64,000 nt of DNA from an uncultured Gammaproteobacteria bacterium (GTDB lineage Bacteria > Patescibacteriota > Patescibacteriia > UBA1558 > GWA2-36-10): NCBI GenBank assembly GCA_964638415.1, contig CAZWYP010000005.1, forward strand, positions 4,121 through 68,120, given 5' to 3'. The notes below the pieces were generated by a model that was not told where the DNA came from, searched no databases, and saw only the letters and a list, made by a program, of their open reading frames with translations. Made by a program: the position numbers and the translations under genes. The number at the start of each line of letters is the position of its first letter. Position 1 is the stretch's first letter. This document shows positions 1 through 8,695 of this stretch, piece after piece.

Positions 1-543
1 CTTGGGATCGCCAGTGGTGCCGGAAGTATAAACAATGGTATGGACATCATCTTCTTGCACCACCGAGTTAATTGGTCTGGTCTTACTGTCAGCTACTAAC
101 GCTGACCAGGAAATTATCCGCTCATGGTTATATTCAAGCTCTCCAGAAACGACAATGATCCTCTTCAGATCCAAACTATCAATTAAACTCTGGTATTTAA
201 GGTAATATTCGCTGTGGATCACCAAATAATCGCTGTTAGAGTGATTAACCACTCGCTTGATATACTCCTGATTGAAAGTGGTATGAATAGGCACGACAAT
301 TACTCCCAAGGTAGCAGCCGCCAAATCTGCCATAATCCACTCCGGACTATTAGGCAACATAATGGCGACTTTCTGACCCGCCTGCCAGCCGACCGACTGC
401 CAATAGGCGGCAATTTTCTGCCGCTGCTTATCTAACTCTAAATAAGTAATTTTTTTATACTCTCCTTTATGCAAAAATGCCAAGGCAGTCTTGCCATTGT
501 ATTGATGCACGATTTCCGCAAATTTTTGGGGAATAGTTAACAT
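1..543 (-). CDS. AMP-dependent synthetase/ligase (acyl-CoA or acyl-ACP synthetase family), N-terminal 181 aa; gene continues beyond the window start
   Basis: Absent from the ORF track because it runs off the edge. Reverse-strand translation from ATG at 541-543 reads MLTIPQKFAEIVHQYNGKTALAFL...DDVHTIVYTSGTTGDPK, which contains the AMP-binding signature TSGTTGxPK. Only 4 nt separate it from the upstream hydrolase gene on the same strand. Confidence 0.7.
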   Translation of the reverse strand, partial: MLTIPQKFAEIVHQYNGKTALAFLHKGEYKKITYLELDKQRQKIAAYWQSVGWQAGQKVAIMLPNSPEWIMADLAAATLGVIVVPIHTTFNQEYIKRVVNHSNSDYLVIHSEYYLKYQSLIDSLDLKRIIVVSGELEYNHERIISWSALVADSKTRPINSVVQEDDVHTIVYTSGTTGDPK

Positions 544-547
544 AGCT

Positions 548-1354
548 TTAATGCTTTTTAATAAAATCCAAAATTTTGGTAAAGACAAAATCACGGCGGC
601 CGGATAAAACTGGATTGTGATCATGCTTGTTGAGAATATAGAGGCTTTTATCTGCTACTGTCAAATGATTAAATAAAAACTCCGAGCCGCGCGGATGGCT
701 GACTTCATCATCCCGCGAGTGGATAACCAGCACCGGCACTGTCACCTGGCTTAATTCTCTTTTGGTATAGTTGTCCAGAAAATGCGCCACCTTCCGCACT
801 GAACCCATAGTCAGCTGCACATGGCGGCCGATTTCCGGATAAACCCGCTTCTCTTCTTCCGTCAGCCAGCTCTTGGTATATACTGCATTGGGCATTAATC
901 TGGTAAAGGGCAATAAAAGCCGGCTTAAGATTTCTTTGCGCTTGTATAAAAAGATGCCTAAAGAAATAACTCCATTTAACACTTGCGGGTATTTAATAGA
1001 CAAATGCAAAGAAATATTAGCTCCCACTGAATAACCGATTAGAAAAATCCGGCTGTATTTATCCAGATTAGCCAATAAAACATTCTCAGCAGATTTAATC
1101 CAATCCTGATGATCAGTAGCCGCCAAAGTTTTCAAATCTGAACCATGCCCGGCCAATAGCGGCACTTCAACATCAATACCGTAAGCGGCCAGATTCTCCG
1201 CCAGCACATGCAAATCATAAGGCGAACCGCTGAAGCCATGGATTAAAATCGCCAGTGTATCATTATTGGGCTTGGCCATGATTTTAAACGGCCGGGCTTT
1301 GGCTGCCACGCCGTCAATGTCGGTATAAATCTTATTGGTCATTTCTAACATCAT
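548..1354 (-). CDS. alpha/beta hydrolase (esterase/lipase-like)
   Basis: HG-type oxyanion motif ILIHGFSGSP and nucleophile elbow GYSVGA (GxSxG); ATGA overlap with the upstream gene. Confidence 0.7.
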   Translation of the reverse strand: MMLEMTNKIYTDIDGVAAKARPFKIMAKPNNDTLAILIHGFSGSPYDLHVLAENLAAYGIDVEVPLLAGHGSDLKTLAATDHQDWIKSAENVLLANLDKYSRIFLIGYSVGANISLHLSIKYPQVLNGVISLGIFLYKRKEILSRLLLPFTRLMPNAVYTKSWLTEEEKRVYPEIGRHVQLTMGSVRKVAHFLDNYTKRELSQVTVPVLVIHSRDDEVSHPRGSEFLFNHLTVADKSLYILNKHDHNPVLSGRRDFVFTKILDFIKKH

Positions 1355-1896
1355 TCCACTTTATATTTATTCTGCAGATATTTCTGGTAGGACTCATCAT
1401 GCTCCATCATCACCTGCAGCTGATCTCTCAGCCAATAGGCTTTTTTCCTTTTGGCATTACCGATTTTCCAAGCCAGATAATCGGATATCTTCTGGTTTAT
1501 CCGCAGGGTATATTTAATATTAGCCACTTCCTGTCCGGCCTGGCTGTCTAATTCTTTCAAAAATGAAGACAAATAACCGGGTAAATCCTGGCTCTGGTAG
1601 AAAATAACTTTAACCTTGTCCTTGAAATTGCTACGATCTTCCAAAGTCTCTACTGTTTTATCTGCTGTTCTTTTGGTCAATAAGCACAAGACCGGCTTGG
1701 CTTCTGCAATAGCTAAAGCAATAAAATAATTAGCGTCATTATCTAACTTGTCGCCCTGCACTACCAAAGCATCAACGCTGGACAAATCAGCTTCCTGATC
1801 TTTCTGAGTAGCAGCCCTAACACCAAACTTCTTCAATTGCTCATTGACCAGCTTAGTGTCTTGGTTCTCCTGATTGTAATAAAAATAAACAACCAT
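1351..1896 (-). CDS. hypothetical protein; weak resemblance to a nucleoside 2-deoxyribosyltransferase-like Rossmann fold
   Basis: 181-aa ORF translationally coupled (ATGA) to the downstream hydrolase. The motif ANYFIALAIAEAKPVLCLL is reminiscent of NDT-like folds. No firm family assignment. Confidence 0.35.
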   Translation of the reverse strand: MVVYFYYNQENQDTKLVNEQLKKFGVRAATQKDQEADLSSVDALVVQGDKLDNDANYFIALAIAEAKPVLCLLTKRTADKTVETLEDRSNFKDKVKVIFYQSQDLPGYLSSFLKELDSQAGQEVANIKYTLRINQKISDYLAWKIGNAKRKKAYWLRDQLQVMMEHDESYQKYLQNKYKVE

Positions 1897-1899
1897 AAG

Positions 1900-2889
1900 C
1901 TAATTATATTCTCCGATGACATTAGCCATCATCTTATGATAAAAATCTTCGCGGCTATCGCTATTGGACAAAGCCCACATGGTTTTAACAATCGCGGTCG
2001 GCCAAGTGCAACCAAAAATTACCGGAATCTCCTGATCCGGCAGAAAATCTGCTCGGGCATAAATAGCTACCGGCAATTTAGCTTTGCGCAATAAGGCAAA
2101 TTTTTCTTTGGGCAGATCCGCAGAATTAACTTTAACTAATATTCCTTGGTATTTGCTAAGATCAACAGCTGTCCAGTCTAGCGATGAGCCGACAAAATCT
2201 TCAATGATTAATAAATTACTGTCAATTTTGTTATATACTTTTGGTTCCTTGAGAGAAAATTTCAAATTAGTCTTCAAACTAATACCAAAATCCACCTTGC
2301 CCCAGTAATTATCATCCACACTAGTAAAAACATTAGTACCATTCTGATTCTGCCAAATGGCTTTAACTCCCCACAACAGAGAATTACCGAACATAATCGC
2401 TGGCGCCGGCAAAGGCTGGCCGGCAATCTGCAGAGCATTAACTAAATTCGCTCTTAAACCCAAGCCCTTACGCTCTTTAATAAACTTAGATAATTGCTCT
2501 TTCTTGGTGGCCAAATAATTGCCGGACATCTGTGATCCCGTCACCACGATACTCACTGGGAAATCCTGCAAGAGAAAATTCAAAGCTAAAGAGGTATTAA
2601 CTATCTGCTCCGGCTTAGTGACAATAATAAATCCGGAAAATTCAGTTTGATGCTCTCTAATAAATTTAGCCTGCTGCTGCCAAGTCTTTGGGGATAATTC
2701 CGCTGTTTCCGGAGCAATAACCATAACCTGCAATTCACCTAAAATATTCAACTCCGGCATGGTTTTCAGCCAAGGCTCAACATCCTTAGCTTCATTAACC
2801 ATAAACAAAGCATCGTCCTTGTCAGTTGTCCAAGTACCGCCAGATAATAACAAAGCTATTTTTTTCTTGCTTTTAGGCATTATTAGCAA
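1900..2889 (-). CDS. asparaginase/GatD-like domain protein (probably not a canonical asparaginase)
   Basis: N-terminal LLSGGTW resembles the TGGTIAG nucleophile motif of L-asparaginases, but the second catalytic HGTDT motif is absent. 4-nt gap to the downstream gene (operon). Confidence 0.3.
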   Translation of the reverse strand: MLIMPKSKKKIALLLSGGTWTTDKDDALFMVNEAKDVEPWLKTMPELNILGELQVMVIAPETAELSPKTWQQQAKFIREHQTEFSGFIIVTKPEQIVNTSLALNFLLQDFPVSIVVTGSQMSGNYLATKKEQLSKFIKERKGLGLRANLVNALQIAGQPLPAPAIMFGNSLLWGVKAIWQNQNGTNVFTSVDDNYWGKVDFGISLKTNLKFSLKEPKVYNKIDSNLLIIEDFVGSSLDWTAVDLSKYQGILVKVNSADLPKEKFALLRKAKLPVAIYARADFLPDQEIPVIFGCTWPTAIVKTMWALSNSDSREDFYHKMMANVIGEYN

Positions 2890-2908
2890 TATTTATAAGC
2901 CGTCTTTC

Positions 2909-3059
2909 TCTATCGCCGTCTTTATTTTTATCCTAATAAATATACAATAATTTGTCAATTACCTATAAAAAGCCTTTAAAAAAGCTGTTGACAAGTTTTT
3001 TATAAATGATATATTAAAAATATAAACATTGCCGTCAATTGTGTTTAGACGGCGATAGA
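2909..3059. repeat. Perfect 13-bp inverted repeat (tctatcgccgtct / agacggcgataga) flanking a consensus promoter; extra GCCGTC half-sites at ~2899 and ~3031
   Basis: Read directly: 2909-2921 and 3047-3059 are exact reverse complements 125 bp apart. The GCCGTC hexamer recurs four times in this region. Confidence 0.55.
2988..3015 (+). promoter_or_regulatory. Strong sigma70-type promoter (TTGACA - 16 nt - TGaTATATT extended -10)
   Basis: TTGACA at 2988-2993 and TGnTATATT at 3007-3015. It points at the DUF397 gene, leaving a ~270-nt leader. Confidence 0.5.
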
Positions 3060-3289
3060 ATGTTCTTTTCACCACACTCTACTCAACACTCTCTAATGAA
3101 TTCTCCAAAAAACCATGAGGCGAAAATGAGAATAGTCACTATACTCGAGGGAATTTTTTTAATGTGGTCAGATAACCCTCGCTGGCCAAAAGATTACGGT
3201 CATCACGACTAACGACCGAACACACCTAAAAACGTGTCGGTAATTTTCATCAACCGCCAATAATTTATTGGCAGAAAGTGTTAAGTAGT

Positions 3290-3556
3290 ATGAACAGCAA
3301 CGGACAAAATCCCCCAATGGAGTTCGGTGTACAACCCGACGACAAGCAAGAATTGCGCAAAATTCAGTTTGCAGAAACTGACTTCGTGAAGGCCAGGCAA
3401 ACTCTAATGCGCAGAGTGTGTGTTCAGGTCGCGCGGAAAGAAGGCGCCGTCGCTGTCCGCGATTCCAAAGATGAATCACGGACGACTCTCCTGTTCAGCA
3501 ACGAGGAGTGGAAAGTTTTTGTCGAAGGCGTGAAAGCAGGTGAATTCGACGTATAA
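3290..3556 (+). CDS. DUF397 domain protein (Actinobacteria-type AbaA/BldB-like small protein)
   Basis: C-terminal VAVRDSKDESRTTLLFSNEEWKVFVEGVKAGEFD matches the DUF397 consensus (VAVRDSKdP.GP.L.F....W.AFv.gVK.GEFD); upstream CVQVA resembles the CVEVA motif. GC visibly higher (~50%) than neighbours. The track start at 3278 is GTG; the first ATG is at 3290. Confidence 0.6.
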   Translation: MNSNGQNPPMEFGVQPDDKQELRKIQFAETDFVKARQTLMRRVCVQVARKEGAVAVRDSKDESRTTLLFSNEEWKVFVEGVKAGEFDV

Positions 3557-3594
3557 ATCAATACGTCGATTAACCACATCTCACGCACGCAAAT

Positions 3595-3630
3595 CTGTGG
3601 GTAAAATATAATTTTTGCCCACTTTTTTTT
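3595..3630 (+). terminator. Rho-independent terminator (hairpin gtggg...cccac followed by T8)
   Basis: ctgtgggtaaaatataatttttgcccac followed by tttttttt, directly after the DUF397 ORF. Confidence 0.55.
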
Positions 3631-3658
3631 AAAAAAATTATATGTTAAAATATTAATT

Positions 3659-4393
3659 ATGGAAAAAAATATTAAAATTAAAATTTCAAAAAAACTATCA
3701 ATATACGGAAAGTTTAATGGATCATACAAACAACCTCTCTTTATAATTATCCACGGCTTAACTGGTAATATGGATGAGGAACTTTACCAATCAGCAACTC
3801 ACTGGTTTAGAAAAAATGGTTTTTCAACATTCCGCTTTAATTTATACTCCTACCAAAAAGATGCTAGGCAACTTATGAATTGCACTCTAAAAACCCACAG
3901 TAAAGATTTAGATAAGATAGTCAATTATTTTAAAAATAAGGGTGTACAAAATATATTTATCGCCGGACATAGTTTTGGTGGTCCAGTAATATTAGGCTCA
4001 AAAAAACAAAACTTCAATGCCGCCGTACTTTGGGATCCGACTTACAAAATATCTTTCATAAAAAAAGCTTATGGATTTCCAAAAGGAAAATATGTCAAGG
4101 AATTAAAAGCGTATATTACGAAATGGGGAGTTAATTTTGTTATAAGCAGAGCAATGGCAAAAGAAGTAGAGTCTTTTCCTCAGTCTTTAGCAGTAAAAGA
4201 ATTTAATATTCCCTTTCAAATAATCCTAGCCGGCGCTGGTGTACTACATCAGGCTAAAAAATATCTAAGGGGTGTAAAAGTTGAACATGATTTAATAATT
4301 ATAAAAAACGCGACTCATTATTTTAATGATACAAAAGATATGCGTAAAAAAGTTTTTAGATACTCAATGGAATGGTTTAAAAAATTTATGTGA
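3659..4393 (+). CDS. alpha/beta hydrolase (dienelactone hydrolase/esterase-like)
   Basis: IIIHGLTGN oxyanion region and IAGHSFGG nucleophile elbow. Confidence 0.65.
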   Translation: MEKNIKIKISKKLSIYGKFNGSYKQPLFIIIHGLTGNMDEELYQSATHWFRKNGFSTFRFNLYSYQKDARQLMNCTLKTHSKDLDKIVNYFKNKGVQNIFIAGHSFGGPVILGSKKQNFNAAVLWDPTYKISFIKKAYGFPKGKYVKELKAYITKWGVNFVISRAMAKEVESFPQSLAVKEFNIPFQIILAGAGVLHQAKKYLRGVKVEHDLIIIKNATHYFNDTKDMRKKVFRYSMEWFKKFM

Positions 4394-4484
4394 ATCAATA
4401 TTATTTTAAGATAAATAGAATAGTAATTATGTATTATTTATAATAAAAAAACTGAGTAAAAACATAAAAACCATATTATCCATA

Positions 4485-4889
4485 TTGCAGGATGAAGTGA
4501 ATGGAGATGCTAAATCTGCCTTAGCTAAGCTTGCTAAAGATTACTCAATGACCTGGGTATATCAAGGTAGGAAAACACTATTTCCAAAAACTTTCAAGAA
4601 TATTAAGAAAGAATTATCTCAAACATATCATATCAAGGGAAGAAAATATGAGATATTTAACATTGCAGAAAACAAAGATGCTGTCATGTTAGAATTAGTG
4701 GAAAGTTATCCTGATCCAAAAAATAAAAAAATTTATCGCACACCATTGGTTTTAGTATTGGAAATGGAGAAGGGTAAAATAAAAACTGGCCGGCATTATT
4801 GTGACCCCAGGCTTTCTTTTATGTATTTAAACCAAAACCAAATAAAAAAAGCACTGAAAAATAAAAAACCAATATTAACAATAAAATAG
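4485..4889 (+). CDS. hypothetical protein (possibly NTF2/SnoaL-like fold)
   Basis: 134-aa ORF with no recognisable catalytic motif. Confidence 0.35.
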   Translation: MQDEVNGDAKSALAKLAKDYSMTWVYQGRKTLFPKTFKNIKKELSQTYHIKGRKYEIFNIAENKDAVMLELVESYPDPKNKKIYRTPLVLVLEMEKGKIKTGRHYCDPRLSFMYLNQNQIKKALKNKKPILTIK

Positions 4890-4912
4890 CTCTGCTAATC
4901 AGAGCTATTTTA
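4888..4912. terminator. Bidirectional terminator hairpin between convergent genes (agctctgctaatcagagct)
   Basis: Perfect 7-bp stem between the + ORF stop (4889) and the cysS stop (4910). Confidence 0.4.
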
Positions 4913-6295
4913 AATCCTCATTTTCACTGCTTTTTGTCCTTCTTTAGTATCTTGTACTGCTATCCCCTGTCCAGCTAAATCTTCCCTTAATTTATCCGCT
5001 AATTCCCAATTTTTCTCATTCTTAGCCTTTAGGCGCTGAACTAATAATTCCTGTGCTTCCGCAGGTAACATTAAGGCCTGCTCCCGCAATATTTTCAAAT
5101 TCAAGCCCAAAACTTCATCCATTCGGTAAATAGTAGCCAGCTTCCGGCTGCTATCCATATCCAAAGCTATGGTTTCCTGCAATACTGCCAAAGCTTTGGC
5201 AATGTTCAAATCATCAGCTAAAGCATTATTAAACTTATCCAGCTGTTCAGTTATTATTTCTCCCGGTTCATTATACCAAACAATTTCACCGACAATACTA
5301 GTTAACCCGGCAACAGCAGCGGCTAAAGCTTCCCAAGTGAAATTCATCGGCTTGCGGTAATGCGTCTGCAATACTAAATAACGGTAAGCTAAGGGAGAAA
5401 GCTTCTTTGCCTGCAAATCCTGCAGAGTAATAAAGCTGCCGAGAGATTTTGACATCTTGCCATCCATGAATTTCACAAAATCATTATGCAGCCAATACCG
5501 AGCCTGCACTTTGCCAGTCACCGCTTGGCTTTGCGCCATCTCATTGGGATGATGGATAGTTAAGTGATCCACGCCGCCGGTATGAATGTCAAAGGTATCT
5601 CCTAAATTTAATCGGCTAATAACCGAACACTCTAAATGCCAACCGGGAAAACCCTTGCCCCATGGCGAATCCCATTCCATATCCCGCTGCGGACTATTAG
5701 CTGGAGAAAATTTCCAAACCGCAAAATCTGCCGGATGCTTTTTTTCCGGATTAACTGCCACCCTAGCCCCAGCTTGAATCTGCACTTGACCTAAATTAGC
5801 CAACCGGCCATAATCTGCTGATTTAGCCGTGTCAAAATAAAGGCCGTCCGCTAATCGGTAAAGAAATCCCTTACTTTCCAATTCTTTGACAAAGTCTATT
5901 TGCTCTTTGATGCAAGCGGTGGCTCGGACAAATTTAGTCGGCGGCAGAATATTAAGCTCCTGCAAGCCATCCTGAAAAACTTTAATAAAAAAGTCGGCAA
6001 TCGCCCAAGCATCTTTACCGGTACGCTGACTAGCTAGCTGCATCTTATCTTCGCCATCATCGGCATCTGAGGTTAAATGGCCGACATCGGTAATATTCAT
6101 AATATGATTAACTGCATAGCCTTGGCTTGATAAGAATCTTTTCAGCACATCCCAGACAATATATGCCCGCCAATTCCCGATATGAGGGTAATCATAAACA
6201 GTAGGTCCACAGCTATATAAACCAACTTGCCCGGATTTTAACGGAGCAAATTCCTCTTTTTGCTTGCTTAAGCTGTTAGTTAAGTATATTTTCAC
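4910..6295 (-). CDS. cysS: cysteine--tRNA ligase
   Basis: Class I motifs PHIGN and KMSKS; CGPTVYD; zinc ligands. Start is GTG by the track. Confidence 0.9.
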   Translation of the reverse strand: MKIYLTNSLSKQKEEFAPLKSGQVGLYSCGPTVYDYPHIGNWRAYIVWDVLKRFLSSQGYAVNHIMNITDVGHLTSDADDGEDKMQLASQRTGKDAWAIADFFIKVFQDGLQELNILPPTKFVRATACIKEQIDFVKELESKGFLYRLADGLYFDTAKSADYGRLANLGQVQIQAGARVAVNPEKKHPADFAVWKFSPANSPQRDMEWDSPWGKGFPGWHLECSVISRLNLGDTFDIHTGGVDHLTIHHPNEMAQSQAVTGKVQARYWLHNDFVKFMDGKMSKSLGSFITLQDLQAKKLSPLAYRYLVLQTHYRKPMNFTWEALAAAVAGLTSIVGEIVWYNEPGEIITEQLDKFNNALADDLNIAKALAVLQETIALDMDSSRKLATIYRMDEVLGLNLKILREQALMLPAEAQELLVQRLKAKNEKNWELADKLREDLAGQGIAVQDTKEGQKAVKMRI

Positions 6296-6392
6296 TCTCT
6301 TATTTTAACAGAAAATGCTGAAAATTAAAAACTCCAAACAAAAATCCCCGCGACCGGAATTGCTGCTGCAATTCAAGCTGCGGAGATTATCT

Positions 6393-7001
6393 TCACTGGA
6401 GAAAATGGCCAGCATGGGTGACTCTGACTTTCTCACCGTTATTCATCATTACCTGGCCAAAGCCATTATGGAATGGCCAGGCCGTCAGAAAAGACTGGTT
6501 GCGGATCAGAGGTGAGCCCATCATGGTGATATAGATATAGCGGCCGTTCTTTTGCCTGGCCACAGCTAAACCGTCATGGAATTCACCCACCTGCTCAAAG
6601 CCGACAAAAGGATTGAGACCCTTGACATTGATGTAGAAAAAATCACCTCGCCATTCCTGTGCCCTGGACTTAACCTCCACTCGCGCTAAGCCATGGCAGA
6701 AATCATGGGCAGTATCGAAAGTTTGACCCTTGAATGCCGGTTTACCGTCATAAGTCAGATAAGTCCAACGCAAGTCGCGGTCTTGGTAAAAACAAGCTGC
6801 GCGGAAACCGTCATAGACTTCGCCGATATAGCTATAATCTCGCTGACTGCATTTCTTGCCGAACTTGTCTACGATAAAACAGCGACCATTGACGGTAATT
6901 GAACGATAACCTCGGTAGGGTGCGCTAATATAATCAGCGCGATACTGTGATTTAATCTCTTCGGCAGTCAATTCCACTTTACCAGCTGATTGATGTCTCA
7001 T
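6393..7001 (-). CDS. WG-repeat (KWG-like) beta-propeller repeat protein
   Basis: Four tandem ~40-aa repeats with the Y-I...G-F-x-GLA-V......W-G pattern (e.g. FCHGLARVEVKSRAQEWRGDFFYINVKG). GC ~48%. Own hairpin plus T-run terminator at ~6350-6390. Confidence 0.55.
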   Translation of the reverse strand: MRHQSAGKVELTAEEIKSQYRADYISAPYRGYRSITVNGRCFIVDKFGKKCSQRDYSYIGEVYDGFRAACFYQDRDLRWTYLTYDGKPAFKGQTFDTAHDFCHGLARVEVKSRAQEWRGDFFYINVKGLNPFVGFEQVGEFHDGLAVARQKNGRYIYITMMGSPLIRNQSFLTAWPFHNGFGQVMMNNGEKVRVTHAGHFLQ

Positions 7002-7157
7002 TGCCTTCTCCCTTTGATTTACTCAATGAACTGTTTTGATTTTCTGATTATTACCACAAAAAACATTAAAAGTCAAAGCAGTATTGACTATTTACCCTAC
7101 TTTTACTAAACTTTTATTTTCCAGCGTTCTTAATAAGCAATAATCCAGGGAGAACTT

Positions 7158-7502
7158 ATGGCTCAATCTAAAAAAACCCGCTGGCTGACATCATTAGCTT
7201 TGCTAATCGGTGGCCTTGCCTTCGGCTATTACCTCAGTCTCCAGGAAGGTTGGATTTACTTAACAGCCATTTCTGCCGGCATGCTACTGGGACTAACTTT
7301 GGGCCTTAAGTATTCCTGGTGGTTGGTGACCGGAGTATTTTTAGGGTCATTACCTATTATGCTGATGCGCTGCTTAATTCTGTACAACATCAAGCAAATT
7401 TCCCTGCTGCAGTTTCTGGTCATGATGACTATCCTTCCTCTATTTGCTGCTGGCGGCGCTTGGTTTGGGCAATCTCTGCGCAAACCAAGAATCTCCCAAT
7501 AA
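7158..7502 (+). CDS. small integral membrane protein (3-4 TM)
   Basis: Hydrophobic 114-aa ORF. GGGAGA RBS 6 nt upstream. Candidate TTGACT - 17 nt - TAAACT promoter at ~7092-7120. Confidence 0.45.
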   Translation: MAQSKKTRWLTSLALLIGGLAFGYYLSLQEGWIYLTAISAGMLLGLTLGLKYSWWLVTGVFLGSLPIMLMRCLILYNIKQISLLQFLVMMTILPLFAAGGAWFGQSLRKPRISQ

Positions 7503-7570
7503 CTAAGGATTCTCAAAATCTAAAAAACCCTATACCACGACGGTACAGGGTTTTGTCTTTTAAAAAATAT

Positions 7571-8578
7571 TTATCCAATTTCCTTAGCCATTTCTACCAG
7601 TCTATTAGCATAACCCCATTCATTGTCATACCAAGCAATAATTTTCACCAAATCCCCACCAATAACCTTGGTTAAAGACAAATCAACAATAGATGAACGC
7701 GGATCCCCGATAAAATCCGAGGAAACTGCCGGTGCGGAAGTTACTCCTAAAATTCCCTGGTAATTCTTCTGCTTACTGGCATTAATTAAAGCCTTATTTA
7801 CCTGTTCTACCGTCACTTTCTTCTTTAAGACAAAAGTAATATCAGATAGAGAAACCACCGGGGTGGGAACCCTAATGGACAAACCGTCAAACAAGCCGGC
7901 TAATTCCGGTATTACCTGAGCGGTGGCAATTGCCGCGCCAGTGGTAGTCGGTACCATATTAAGACCAGCAGATCGCCCGCGGCGCAAATCCTTATGCGGA
8001 CCATCCACTAAGCTTTGGTCAGCAGTATATGAATGAATAGTAGTCATCACGGCTTTGGCCACTCCAAATTTATCCACCATCACTTTCGCTACCGGTGCCA
8101 GACAATTAGTAGTACAGGAAGCATTGGAGATTACCGACTGTTTTTTATATCCCTGCTGATTGACTCCCAAGAGAAAAGTCGGCACGTCCCCTGCTCCTTT
8201 GGTTGGTGCGGAAACTATTACCTGCCGAGCACCCGCCCGGATATGATCATAAGCAGCATTGTCTTTGACAAACCGACCAGTGCATTCTAATACAACATCT
8301 ACCTGCAGTTTTTTCCAAGGCAGTTTTTTCGGCTCCGGCTGAGCAGTAATTAAATACTTCTTGCCGCTAATTATTAAGTGCTGGCCAACTGCTTTAACTG
8401 CTTTGGGAAAAGTGCCGTAAACTGAATCATACTGCAAGAGATAAGCTAAAGTTTCTACTGGAGCTAAATCGTTAATCGCTACCACTTCATAATTTTTCTT
8501 GGCCAGCATGATCTTAAAAGCTGCTCGGCCAATCCGGCCAAAACCATTAATCGCTACTCTTACTTTTTTAGTTGCCAT
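7571..8578 (-). CDS. gap: glyceraldehyde-3-phosphate dehydrogenase (type I)
   Basis: NGFGRIGR NAD-binding motif and SNASCTTNCLAP active-site Cys motif. Confidence 0.9.
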   Translation of the reverse strand: MATKKVRVAINGFGRIGRAAFKIMLAKKNYEVVAINDLAPVETLAYLLQYDSVYGTFPKAVKAVGQHLIISGKKYLITAQPEPKKLPWKKLQVDVVLECTGRFVKDNAAYDHIRAGARQVIVSAPTKGAGDVPTFLLGVNQQGYKKQSVISNASCTTNCLAPVAKVMVDKFGVAKAVMTTIHSYTADQSLVDGPHKDLRRGRSAGLNMVPTTTGAAIATAQVIPELAGLFDGLSIRVPTPVVSLSDITFVLKKKVTVEQVNKALINASKQKNYQGILGVTSAPAVSSDFIGDPRSSIVDLSLTKVIGGDLVKIIAWYDNEWGYANRLVEMAKEIG

Positions 8579-8695
8579 AAATAAAATTTTAATTATTACT
8601 TTATTATTATAGCAAATTGGCTAAATAAAATCTAACCAAAAAGAAAAGCCCCTACTCTATTTAAGAGCAAGGGCTAAGATACTGAACAAGACGGA

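Noticed and set aside
214-435. 73-aa + strand ORF at the left edge
   Set aside because: It is overlapped antisense by the partial AMP-dependent ligase gene (1..543, minus strand), which carries a bona fide TSGTTGDPK AMP-binding motif.
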